Below, piece after piece: positions 19,576 through 29,003 of a stretch of DNA of 50,903 nucleotides; position 1 is the first letter of the stretch, and the number at the start of each line of letters is the position of its first letter. This DNA comes from a virus. Lineage: Duplodnaviria > Caudoviricetes. The DNA lies in IMG/VR virus record IMGVR_UViG_3300037845_000048, positions 1 through 50,903 of that record; one strand, given 5' to 3'. The notes beneath the pieces are model-generated. The model was given only the letters and a program-made list of their open reading frames with translations, had not been told where the DNA came from and searched no databases. Made by a program: the position numbers and the translations under genes.

Positions 19576-21020
19576 ACCCGAACGAGCTGCGCGTGCGCCT
19601 GCGCAACCTGGTGGCCGCGCCCCCGCGCCCGTGGTACCGCGTCGCCAACCAGAGCGCCGGCCCGACGCAGATCTACCTGTACAACGACATCGGCATGGGC
19701 GGGGTGTACGCCGACGAGCTCGTCGACGAACTCCGGAAGATCAACGGCCCGGTCGAATTGCACCTCTCCTCCGGCGGGGGCGAGATCTTCGAGGGCATTC
19801 CGATTTACAACAACCTGTGTTCACGCGACGTCACGGTCTACATCGACGGCCTCGCCGGCTCCGCCGCGTCGTTCATCGCGATGGCCGCGTCCCCCGGCAA
19901 GCTGTACATGGCGAAAACCGCGTCCATGATGATCCACGAAGGCCAGGTCATGGCGGCCGGCAACGCCTCCGAGCTCATGGCGCTCGTGGACGTCCTGGAA
20001 CGCGAGTCCAAGAAGATCGCCGGGATCTACGCCGACCGCTCCGGGCTGGCCGGCCACGACGCGGACTACTTCCGCGCCAAGATGAAGATCGAGACCTGGT
20101 ACGACGCCGAAGAGGCCCTGGCCGAGGGCCTGGTGGACGCCATCTTCGACCCGCGCACCGGACAGGACGTCGCCCTGTCCCGGCCCGCAGCCCGCGCCGC
20201 CGTGCAGACGGGCACGCTGGTCAACACCGCCACCGCAGCGGCAGGCGCCAAGCAGCTCGGCGACGGGTGGGTGCAGGACCCCGACGGCAAGACCCGGTTC
20301 GACCCCGACGGCGACGGCGACGACGACTCCACGCCCGAGGGCGACACCGACCACGACTACTTCGACCCCGACGGCAAGCAGATCAAGCCGATCCCCCCGC
20401 GCCCCACCCCCGCAGGCAACCACGCCGCCGCCGCCGTGGTGCTCAACGCCGTCCCGCCGGACCACGGGCCCATGAGCGGCACCCACACCCACCCGCACCC
20501 CGCCTACGCCGGACCCGAGGGGGGCGCCGACGCCATGCACTCCCACGAGCACACCCACAACGGCGACAACCTGCACCACCACACCCACGACGCCCCCGGC
20601 GCCGCGACCGAAGCCGCCGCAAGCGCGGGCACGGCGGTGCTCAACGCCGACGGCGTCGACACCACCCCCTGGGACGCCGACAAGGCCTGGCACAACGGCA
20701 CCACCTCGGAAGACCCGGCCGCGTTCTACGAGGCGATCTGCGCCGGCAAGAAGAACGGCGACCCCTCCACCCGCGCCGGCTGGGCGCTCCCGTACAAGTA
20801 CACCCCGTCCTCACCGCCGAACGCGGGCGGCGTGCGGGCCGCCCTGGCCGTGCTCGGCGGCGCACGCGGCGGCGTCCAAGGCCTGATCAACAGGACCGAG
20901 GCCCAGGACACGCTCCAGGCGGCGATGAAGAAGGTCAACCCGGACTGGAAACCCGGCGACCAGATCGAAACCGGACTGCTCTCCGCAGTGATGCTCGAAC
21001 TCGTGAAAGGCGGCAGGTAA
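19572..21020 (+). CDS. ClpP-type prohead protease with long C-terminal extension
   Basis: 'LSSGGGEIFEGIPIYN', 'IDGLAGSAASFIAMA', 'MMIH', 'ETWYDAEEALAEGLVD'. ATGA overlap with portal. Confidence 0.9.
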   Translation: MNPNELRVRLRNLVAAPPRPWYRVANQSAGPTQIYLYNDIGMGGVYADELVDELRKINGPVELHLSSGGGEIFEGIPIYNNLCSRDVTVYIDGLAGSAASFIAMAASPGKLYMAKTASMMIHEGQVMAAGNASELMALVDVLERESKKIAGIYADRSGLAGHDADYFRAKMKIETWYDAEEALAEGLVDAIFDPRTGQDVALSRPAARAAVQTGTLVNTATAAAGAKQLGDGWVQDPDGKTRFDPDGDGDDDSTPEGDTDHDYFDPDGKQIKPIPPRPTPAGNHAAAAVVLNAVPPDHGPMSGTHTHPHPAYAGPEGGADAMHSHEHTHNGDNLHHHTHDAPGAATEAAASAGTAVLNADGVDTTPWDADKAWHNGTTSEDPAAFYEAICAGKKNGDPSTRAGWALPYKYTPSSPPNAGGVRAALAVLGGARGGVQGLINRTEAQDTLQAAMKKVNPDWKPGDQIETGLLSAVMLELVKGGR

Positions 21021-22454
21021 ATGGCCCCGACGATGAAAGTCCCGACCGACTCCGCCGGGATCATGGAACTGCTCAACGACGAGACCGCCCTCAAGGCCCG
21101 GTTCAGCCGGGAGGCCGTGGCCAACGGCGACACCAAGGAATTCCTGGACGCCTACGCCAAGATGTACCTGAAGAGCAACTCCGACACCGTCGACGACGTG
21201 CGCGAACAGGTCCAGTCCGTCATCTTCGACCTGGTGCGCGACAACGGCGCCAAACGCGGCCCCAAGCTCGGCGTGTCCATGGACAGCGGGCGCCCCCAGC
21301 TGAGCGTCGACGGCACCGCCCGCGTCTCGCGCGGCCGCGGCGCCGTCTACAACAAGACATCCGCCGGGGCGCAGCTGGAGCGGGCGTACAAGCCCGCGGA
21401 CCGGTTCAACTCCATGGGCGAGTACTGCAAGGCGATCTTCGAGCTGCGCTCCCCGTCCACCCGCGCGGACCGCGACGACATCATCCGCAAGCTCGACAAC
21501 GTGCGCACCTTCCAGAACTCCTTCGGCTCGGAGGAGCCGGGCGCCGGCGGGTTCCTCATCCCGGAGATCATGCGCTCCGAGCTGCTCCAGCTCGCGCTGG
21601 AGGAGTCGATCGTGCGCAACCGCGCGACCGTCATCCCCATGTCCACGCTGCGCGTCCCCATCCCCACCGTGGACGACACCAGCCACGTGAGCAGCGTGTT
21701 CGGCGGGATCGTGTTCTACTGGACCGAAGAGGCAGCCGCCCTCACCGAGTCCACCGCAACCTTCGGACGTGTCACCCTTGATGCCAAGAAGCTGACAGGA
21801 TTCTTCAAGGTCCCCGCCGAACTCCTCGACGACGCACCCGCGTTCGGCGCCTGGTTCGACGAGCGCGTCCCCGCCGGCCTCGCCTGGTTCGAAGACATCG
21901 CGTTCATGACCGAAACCGGCGCCGGAACCCCCGAAGGGTTCATCAACTCCCCCGCGTCCGTGTCCGTCACCAAGGAGACCGGGCAGTCCAGCGGCACCAT
22001 CGTCTGGGAAAACATCGTCAAGATGTACTCCCGCATGCTCCCCACCAGCCTGAAGAACGCCGTGTGGATCGCCGCCATCGACACCTTCCCCCAACTCGCC
22101 ACCATGGCCCTGTCGGTGGGCACCGGTGGCGGACCGGTGTGGATCGGCGGCTGGTCCCAGCCCGGCTCCGACCTGCCCCCCATGACGATCCTCGGCCGCC
22201 CGGTGATCTTCACCGAGAAGGTCCCGGCACTGGGCACCACCGGAGACATCAACTTCGTCGACCTCAGCTACTACCTCATCGGCGACCGCCAGCAAGTCCG
22301 AGTGGACTCCAGTGAGCATTTTTTGTTCGCCAATAACCAGGTCGCTTACCGTTTAATTTCCAGGGTTGATGGTAGGCCATGGATTCAGTCAGCCTTGACC
22401 CCCCACAACAATGGACCGAGTTTAAGCCCTTTTGTCCAGATTCAGACCCGCTAA
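21021..22454 (+). CDS. major capsid protein (HK97 fold)
   Basis: 'GGFLIPE', 'WTEEAAALTES..TFGRVTL.AKKL', 'TILGRPVIFTE', 'RVDGRP', and position after the protease. Confidence 0.93.
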   Translation: MAPTMKVPTDSAGIMELLNDETALKARFSREAVANGDTKEFLDAYAKMYLKSNSDTVDDVREQVQSVIFDLVRDNGAKRGPKLGVSMDSGRPQLSVDGTARVSRGRGAVYNKTSAGAQLERAYKPADRFNSMGEYCKAIFELRSPSTRADRDDIIRKLDNVRTFQNSFGSEEPGAGGFLIPEIMRSELLQLALEESIVRNRATVIPMSTLRVPIPTVDDTSHVSSVFGGIVFYWTEEAAALTESTATFGRVTLDAKKLTGFFKVPAELLDDAPAFGAWFDERVPAGLAWFEDIAFMTETGAGTPEGFINSPASVSVTKETGQSSGTIVWENIVKMYSRMLPTSLKNAVWIAAIDTFPQLATMALSVGTGGGPVWIGGWSQPGSDLPPMTILGRPVIFTEKVPALGTTGDINFVDLSYYLIGDRQQVRVDSSEHFLFANNQVAYRLISRVDGRPWIQSALTPHNNGPSLSPFVQIQTR

Positions 22455-22482
22455 AGCGCTCTGACGCTGTACAATTGGGGGT

Positions 22483-23106
22483 ATGCCAGGAAGAGCTAAA
22501 TGCGAGCCCGGATGTGACTGCGAAAAGCACAACCGGCCCCGCATGTCCCCAGAGCAGGCCGCCGAAGCCACGCGTGAACGGGCTCGGCGCCACTACGAGA
22601 AGAACAAAACCAAGATCCTGGAGCAAGAGCGACAGGAGCGGGCTGATCCCATCAAGGGTGAGGCCAGAAGAAAGCGGGAACGGGAACGCATCGCCGCACT
22701 GCCCGAAGAGCGGCGGGAGCGCCAGCGTGAGATGACTCGCGACTGGTACCGGCGCAATCCTCGTTCCCCCGAAAAGAACGCGGAGTTGCACTACAAGCAC
22801 CGCTACCGGATGACACCGGAGCAGCGAGAGGAGATGATCGCCATGCAGGAAAGCCGCTGTTACCTGTGCGGCGATCCGCTCCCCGAGGACCGGCGCAAGA
22901 TCCATGTGGATCACGACCATTCCTGCTGCCCGGACAGGTCGTGCGGAAAGTGCGTTCGTGGCATCGCCTGCGATCCCTGCAACCGGGGGGTCGGGTACTT
23001 CGCCGATGACCCCGGCCGGATGGAACGAGTGGCCCGCAATCTGCGGGCGGCCAATGACCGCGTGCGTGCACAGAGGGATCGAGACGTAAGCGAGGTAGGG
23101 GTATGA
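22483..23106 (+). CDS. endonuclease VII-family homing endonuclease
   Basis: 'QESRCYLCG...HVDHDHSCC...VRGIACDPCNRGVG'. TACAAT lies 7 nt upstream of the ATG. Confidence 0.85.
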   Translation: MPGRAKCEPGCDCEKHNRPRMSPEQAAEATRERARRHYEKNKTKILEQERQERADPIKGEARRKRERERIAALPEERRERQREMTRDWYRRNPRSPEKNAELHYKHRYRMTPEQREEMIAMQESRCYLCGDPLPEDRRKIHVDHDHSCCPDRSCGKCVRGIACDPCNRGVGYFADDPGRMERVARNLRAANDRVRAQRDRDVSEVGV

Positions 23107-23372
23107 GCGAGGCCCAGGTCCAGATCTCCGAGGTCACCCCCGAGCTGATCCGTGCGGCGATCAAGCGCGGTGATCGGCTGATGGTGTTCGACGGCGGGGA
23201 GCCGATCGCGCTGATCACGGGTGCGGCGGCGGAGCTCGGGCGGCGTAGGGATTTCTTCGTGCATTACCCGCATGAGGCGTCGGAGTGTTTCGGTACGTGC
23301 TGGCGGCACGACGGGCGCGCGGAGGCCGAGGCGGTCCCGGCCGGTTCCGGGCCGGTTCCGGTTCCCGCGTAG
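23103..23372 (+). CDS. hypothetical protein
   Basis: ATGA overlap and GAGG RBS. Confidence 0.55.
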   Translation: MSEAQVQISEVTPELIRAAIKRGDRLMVFDGGEPIALITGAAAELGRRRDFFVHYPHEASECFGTCWRHDGRAEAEAVPAGSGPVPVPA

Positions 23373-23379
23373 GCATGAG

Positions 23380-23874
23380 ATGGCGTGGCGCAGCAGGTCG
23401 CGGCGCAGGGCGAAGAGGAGGGCGTATGTGCACCGGCGCGGATATCACATCCACCATCGGGTGCATCACCGCTTCCACCATGTGCGCTTCCACCACGTGC
23501 GCAAGCACAGGGTGCGGTTCCACCATGTCCGCAAGCACCACATCCGGTTCCACCACGTCCGTAAGCATCACGAGCGTCCGCATCACGAGCGCCGCAGGCA
23601 CCATGCGCGGGCACACCGGGCGCGGCGTGCGAGGCGCCGCGCGATGGCCGCGCGGCACCAGCTGCACCGCCACCCCGGCCCGCACCGCCCGCGCACCGGG
23701 CATCCGCGGCACCGAGTGGTGGGGATCCGGCAGCACCGGGCGCACATGCGCCGGCGTTACCGGGCGCAGGTCGGGCGGCTGCGCAAGCCGCGCCACCACT
23801 ACCGCCCGCAGGTGGGGCGCCTTAAGAAGCATCGCGGCTACCGGGCGCAGACCGGGAAGCTGCGCCGCAGGTGA
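23380..23874 (+). CDS. Arg/His-rich protamine-like repeat protein
   Basis: 164 aa: 51 R, 35 H, 8 K, 2 E, 0 D by manual count. Synonymous variation between the peptide repeats supports this frame. Confidence 0.7.
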   Translation: MAWRSRSRRRAKRRAYVHRRGYHIHHRVHHRFHHVRFHHVRKHRVRFHHVRKHHIRFHHVRKHHERPHHERRRHHARAHRARRARRRAMAARHQLHRHPGPHRPRTGHPRHRVVGIRQHRAHMRRRYRAQVGRLRKPRHHYRPQVGRLKKHRGYRAQTGKLRRR

Positions 23875-24001
23875 CAGGGCACCATCCGGGTAGCGGAAAG
23901 CCCCGGCGGCCGGTCCGGTCCCGGGTCCCTACCGTGAACGAGCAAGGCGGCATTGGCACCCCGCCCCAAGCATCCAGCCGCAGCAGGAGGAGGTACCCGT
24001 C

Positions 24002-24445
24002 ATGGCGGGCATGGAGGGCTTGGGGCGCCTTTTCAACATCGTCCCGGTGGCCGTCGGTTTGTGGATCAACTACAAGGACTGCTCCGCGGTCACGTTCATC
24101 TGCACGTCCGCGGGCACCGGTAGCGCGTGGCAGGTGCAGGAGGCCAAGACCAGCGCGGGCGGTTCCGCGCAGGACATCGGCGCGGTCATCTCCCGCTACT
24201 ACACGACCACGGACAACGACGGCTCGGTGGCGTGGACGAAGGTCACGCAGGCCGCCGCGGACGAGACCGGCACGATCGCGGCGGCCACGATCGCGGCGCT
24301 GTGGATTCCGGGTTCGCAGTTGGACGACGGGTTCGCGTATGTGGCGGTGACGGACGCGAACGCGCAGTCCGGCAGCGTGATCGCGATCCTGCACGATCTG
24401 ACGGTGCAGCGCACGCCCGCGAACCTGTCCCTGCCGGGAGAGTGA
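24002..24445 (+). CDS. putative head-associated structural protein
   Basis: AGGAGGAGG RBS, beta-rich, downstream of capsid. Confidence 0.6.
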   Translation: MAGMEGLGRLFNIVPVAVGLWINYKDCSAVTFICTSAGTGSAWQVQEAKTSAGGSAQDIGAVISRYYTTTDNDGSVAWTKVTQAAADETGTIAAATIAALWIPGSQLDDGFAYVAVTDANAQSGSVIAILHDLTVQRTPANLSLPGE

Positions 24446-24451
24446 CCTGAC

Positions 24452-24934
24452 ATGGGCAACTTCATTCAGGGCACGCAGCTTCGCACGCTCAACCAGGGCT
24501 CGATCGTCACCAAGGCCGCGGCGAACCTGCCGCAGTCGGCCACCGCGACGCTGTACACGGTCGCGGGCGGCGCGGTGCTGGTCACCGGGCTGGTCGGGAT
24601 CGTGACCACGGCGATCGCGTCGAGCGACCCGGTGCTGTCGCTGGGCACGGCGCCGACGGTGGGCACGGCGCAGACCTCCGGGATCGCGACCACCACTGTG
24701 CTGACGAGCGCTGAGGCCGGGACGCTGGTCTCGGTGGTGGGGGCCACGACGGGGCTTCCGACGGCGTTGGCGGTGATGGCGACGGCGGCGAAGGCGGGTT
24801 CGACGGTGTTTCTGGGGACGCCGTTCGTGGTGTCGGCGGGGACGATCACGTGGACGACGGGCGCGTCGAAGACGGGCGCGTTGAAGTGGTATCTGACGTA
24901 CATCCCGTTGGATGACGGGGCGTCGGTGTCCTGA
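24452..24934 (+). CDS. putative virion structural protein
   Basis: Rich in T/A/G/V, in the head gene block. Confidence 0.55.
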   Translation: MGNFIQGTQLRTLNQGSIVTKAAANLPQSATATLYTVAGGAVLVTGLVGIVTTAIASSDPVLSLGTAPTVGTAQTSGIATTTVLTSAEAGTLVSVVGATTGLPTALAVMATAAKAGSTVFLGTPFVVSAGTITWTTGASKTGALKWYLTYIPLDDGASVS

Positions 24935-25455
24935 TGGCGGAGCTGATGGGTTGCCTGGGCTGCGATGGCGTGTACGCGGTCGGGCTGCCCGTCTGCCCCG
25001 AGTGCGGGACGGTTTCGCCGAGGTTCGAGGGAGTGGAGGATCGGGTGCCGAAAGCTACGAGCGGTGGCGCGTCGAGCGCGTGGGAGGAGACGCCGGTGGC
25101 CGAGGCGCCGGCCGAGGCGTCCCCGGCGCAGGCCGCGCCCGAGCCGCCTGCGTATGTGGCGCGGGCTGCGGTGGTGGACGATCCGGTGACGCCTTCGGGC
25201 GACGAGGCGCCGGATATCGCCACCGGTTCCGGCATGGAGGTCTTGGCGGCGCCGGATGCGCCCGAGCCGCTGAGCCCTGCGGATGTGGCGGCGGGGTACA
25301 CGGACCTGTCGTACGCCGAACTGCGCGCGGAGGCGAAGGCGCGGGGTCTGCCTGCGGGTGGCAGTGCGGTGGAGCTGGCGGCGCGGCTGTCGGAGCACGA
25401 CGAGACGCAGGCCGCGAGCGACACTGCGGGGGCGGCCACGGAGGGCGGCGGCTGA
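24934..25455 (+). CDS. zinc ribbon plus SAP/HeH-like protein
   Basis: CxxC...CxxC at the N-terminus and 'YTDLSYAELRAEAKARGLPAGGSAVELAARL'. Confidence 0.6.
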   Translation: MAELMGCLGCDGVYAVGLPVCPECGTVSPRFEGVEDRVPKATSGGASSAWEETPVAEAPAEASPAQAAPEPPAYVARAAVVDDPVTPSGDEAPDIATGSGMEVLAAPDAPEPLSPADVAAGYTDLSYAELRAEAKARGLPAGGSAVELAARLSEHDETQAASDTAGAATEGGG

Positions 25456-25456
25456 C

Positions 25457-26947
25457 ATGGCGGGCGGGACGACGGGCTGGGACCTCTATTCGACGCTGGT
25501 GCAGCAGTCGGAGTATGCGTCCTACTACAAGTCGATTCCGCCGGTCGCGTGCCCGCACGACGGCACTCCGCTCAAGCCCGGTCCGCCGCAGCATCCGGGG
25601 GTGCTCTTCTGTCCGATGGGTGATTTCCGGTATCCGGACGATTACGACGCGGAAACGATGGCAGGCTACTGATATAAGATGACTACTACGCACCCCACGA
25701 CTGCCACGCTCGCGAACGTCGCCTCGTCCGCGACGAACGTCACCCTGTTCGCCGCCGCGTCCAGCACCAACGCCCGCACGATCTACAACGACTCCACCGC
25801 CGTCCTGTACGTCAAGTTCGGCGCTACCGCCACGACCGGCAGCTACACGGTGCAGATCGCCGCCGGGGGCTATTACGAGTTCCCGCAGCCGCTCTACGCC
25901 GGGCAGGTCGACGGGATCTGGGCGTCCGCGAACGGCAACGCACGCCTGACGAGCTGGTGACGCGCCGATGCCGCTCTACAACCCAGGGATCGACTCCACC
26001 GGAGGCGCCATCTCCGGGAACCTCTCCGTCGGCGGCACGCTCGCCGTCGCGGGCGTCCTCTCTCCGGCTGACGGCGTGAACACCTCGGGATCAGCCCCGG
26101 CGATCACGCCCTCGTTCTCGAACGGCACTGCGGCGCAGCTCGCCGACACCACCCGCGACTACCTGGTGTACCTCCAGGTGGGCACCGCAGGCAGCGGGTT
26201 CACGCTTGCGATCGGGCCGACCAGCACCCCGGCGAACGCGATCGTCGGCGGCGTGACCCCGGTGGCGGGGGAGCTGTTCTCGTTCCGGCTTCCTGCGGGT
26301 TGGTATGTGAAGTGGGCGGGGACGCTCACGACGCTTGCCGACCAGATCGCGATCGGCTGCTGATGTGCACGGGCCGCAGGGGGGGATGGTGACCGGTGCC
26401 GCTCTACAATCCGGCGTCGTCCGGCGCCTCCTTCGGGCAGAACGACCTGGTCGGCGTCGGGCTGCTGTCGGGTTCGGCGACGTACGACACGGGCTATTCC
26501 TCGACGCAGTCGGCGGGGGACCTGGTGTGCTGCCTGGCGGTCGCGCCCAAGACGGTCGCGGTGTCGACGCTGGGTATCCAGGTCACCGGCGCGGGGGTCA
26601 CCGGGTCGGGCACGAACGCGCTGGCGCTGTACACCGAAGCGGGCGTGTTGATCGACCAGACCGGCGACATGACCACCGCGTTCAGCTCGGTGCAGTACGC
26701 CGAGGGCGCGATGGGCGGTCCGCAGACGCTGACCGCGGGCACGAACTACTACTTGGTGGTGCTGTCGCATTTCAGCGGGACGGCGGTGAAGTTCGCGGCC
26801 ACCGGGACCGTGAACACGAGCAACTTCCCGGCGCTGAACAGCCACTATGTGGCGGTATACAAGTCGGCGCAGGCCTCGATCCCGGCGAGTTTCACCCCGT
26901 CGAGCTATACGCTGAACTCGGGCCTGTACATCATGTACGCGCGGTGA
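25457..26947 (+). CDS. four small putative virion proteins (25457-25672, 25679-25960, 25968-26363, 26396-26947)
   Basis: Consecutive ORFs with high GC3, mostly beta-rich. The last two both begin MPLYNP. Confidence 0.6.
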
Positions 26948-27048
26948 GGTAGCCAGGCGCAGTTCAACAACTGAATACGAACTCCGCAGGCCACCCCTCC
27001 GGGGGTTCTCATGCGAGAAAGCAAGGCATAGCCATAAGGAGGTGAACG

Positions 27049-28128
27049 ATGGTAGTCTCGCGTGCGACCTACGCGACCCGCGAGGAAGTCAAGTCGGCGC
27101 TCGACATCAAGCTGACCGCGCGCAACGACCCCCTGGTCGACACCGCGATCCAGGCCGCGTCCGACGACATCGACGGCCAGATGCACCGCGTGTTCTACAC
27201 CACCCTCACGACGCGGTACTTCGACTGGCCGAACTGGCAGGCCACCTGGCCGTGGAAGATCTACCTGGACGCCTCCGAGGTCGCGAACATCACCACCGTC
27301 GCCCCCGTCGTCACCACCGGGGGCAGCTCGCCGCAGACGATCCCGGCCGGGAACGTGATGTGGCGCCCGGAGAACTACGCGCCGCCGTACACCTTCCTCG
27401 AGCTGGACCGCTCCACCTCGTCCGCGTTCGGCCTGGGGTCCACCCCGCAGCGCGACGTGCACGTCACCGCACTGTTCGGCTACCAGGACCTGTTCGCCCC
27501 GGCCGGCGCGCTCGCGGCCGCCATGTCGGACACGACGGGCACGACGGCGCAGGTGACCAATGGCGCGGCCGTCGGCGTCGGGGACGTGATGCTGGTGGAC
27601 ACGGAGCGGCTGCTGGTCACCGGGAAAACGGCGATCACCACCGGGCAGAGCCAGCAGGGCGCGGGGGTGTCCACGAACTCGAAGGCCGACAACGCCCTGA
27701 CCGTCACGGACGGCACGAAGTTCTCCCCGCAGGAGACGCTGGTCCTGGACACGGAGCGCATGCTGGTCGTCGACGTGATCGGCAACGTGCTGTCCGTGAT
27801 CCGCGGGTGGGACGGCACGACCCTCGCCGCGCACACGGGGGCGACGGTGTACGCGCTGCGGCAGCTCACCGTCACCCGCGGCGCGTTCGGGTCCACCGCG
27901 GCCACGCACTCGAACGCGGCGGCCGCGCAGATCGCCGCGGTACCCGGGCTCATCAAGGAGCTCGCGATCGCCGAGGCCCTGGTGAAGGTGACGCAGAAGG
28001 TCGGCGGGTACGCGGTCGAGCAGGGCTCCGGGTCCTCGAAGGTCGCGCACATCGGCGTCGGCCTGGACGACCTGCGCGCCGCCGCCTACGAGGCGTTCGG
28101 GCGCAGCGCGCGATCGAGGGTGGTCTGA
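27049..28128 (+). CDS. head-tail adaptor-like protein with inserted repeated beta modules
   Basis: TAAGGAGG RBS. 'YATREEVKSAL...AIQAASDDIDG..HRVF' and 'VPGLIKELAIAEA'. Confidence 0.7.
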   Translation: MVVSRATYATREEVKSALDIKLTARNDPLVDTAIQAASDDIDGQMHRVFYTTLTTRYFDWPNWQATWPWKIYLDASEVANITTVAPVVTTGGSSPQTIPAGNVMWRPENYAPPYTFLELDRSTSSAFGLGSTPQRDVHVTALFGYQDLFAPAGALAAAMSDTTGTTAQVTNGAAVGVGDVMLVDTERLLVTGKTAITTGQSQQGAGVSTNSKADNALTVTDGTKFSPQETLVLDTERMLVVDVIGNVLSVIRGWDGTTLAAHTGATVYALRQLTVTRGAFGSTAATHSNAAAAQIAAVPGLIKELAIAEALVKVTQKVGGYAVEQGSGSSKVAHIGVGLDDLRAAAYEAFGRSARSRVV

Positions 28129-28599
28129 GTGGCGTTCGACTTCCAGGCGCTGATCGACGCCGTCGCGTCGCACGCCGAGACCACCGGGGAGTTCGAGAAC
28201 CCGGTGCCCACCCACGAGCCCAAGGCCAAACCCGGCGCCGGCATGACGTGCTCGGTGTGGGTGGACGAGATCGCGCCGATCGCCGCCGCGTCCGGGCTGG
28301 CGTCGGTGACGGGCCTGGTGACGATGGCGCTGCGCCCGCAGACCCCGTTCCTCCAGCAGCCCGCCGACCAGATCGACCCGCTGATCATGCGGGCGGTCGG
28401 GGCGCTGATGACCGCGTTCGCGGGCAACTTCCAGCTGGGGCTCGCCGTGCCGGGGGTGCGCAACGTGGACCTGCTCGGGGCGCATTCGCAGGGCCTGCGG
28501 GCGAAAGCGGGATATGTGAACCAAGACGGCACGATTTTTAGAATTATGGACGTGCTTCTCCCCATTGTTGTTAATGACTTGTTTAGGGAGGCGCCCTGA
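28129..28599 (+). CDS. neck or tail-completion protein
   Basis: Position and size. Confidence 0.55.
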   Translation: MAFDFQALIDAVASHAETTGEFENPVPTHEPKAKPGAGMTCSVWVDEIAPIAAASGLASVTGLVTMALRPQTPFLQQPADQIDPLIMRAVGALMTAFAGNFQLGLAVPGVRNVDLLGAHSQGLRAKAGYVNQDGTIFRIMDVLLPIVVNDLFREAP

Positions 28600-29000
28600 T
28601 GGCCAACTCCATCCACGTCGTCGCCAGGGGGCCGCTGTTCGACGGCGTCGCCAAGCACGAGCTCCCCGCCGCGGTCGCCGCGGTGCAGCACGAGGTCGCC
28701 TCCTACGCCGAATACCAGTGGCAGGCGAACATGTACGGCTCGTTCCAGAACGCGACCGGCCGCTACCAGTCGCACGTGAACATCGCGCAGCGCGGCCCCG
28801 ACCTGGTGGTCAACGACGGCTACCCGGGCTCGGGGCTGCTGTACGGGCCGTGGCTGGAGGGCGTGGGCACCCGCAACAAGACGACCCGGTTCAAGGGCTA
28901 CTTCGCGCTGCGCCGGGCGCGCAACTCGGTCGCGCAGAAGGTTCCGGCGATCGCCGCACCGGTGATGCGCGCCTTCACCGCACGAGCGAACGGAGCCTGA
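28599..29000 (+). CDS. neck protein (HK97 gp10-like)
   Basis: 'TGRYQSHV...YGPWLEGVG...FKGY..LRRA'. Confidence 0.55.
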   Translation: MANSIHVVARGPLFDGVAKHELPAAVAAVQHEVASYAEYQWQANMYGSFQNATGRYQSHVNIAQRGPDLVVNDGYPGSGLLYGPWLEGVGTRNKTTRFKGYFALRRARNSVAQKVPAIAAPVMRAFTARANGA

Positions 29001-29003
29001 CCC

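Noticed and set aside
23215-23893. Alternative frames over the Arg/His gene (23285-23893 +, 23215-23832 -)
   Set aside because: Repeat variation is synonymous in the Arg/His frame. The antisense frame lacks operon context, and the other + frame overlaps the upstream gene.
23875-24001. Possible riboswitch in intergenic regions 23875-24001 and 26948-27048 (short hairpins, shared AGCAAGGC)
   Set aside because: No recognisable family consensus, and short GC stems are expected by chance.
28894-28910. Possible self-target of tract 17283-17337 (KGY codons)
   Set aside because: The match fails after three dinucleotides, which is chance level.
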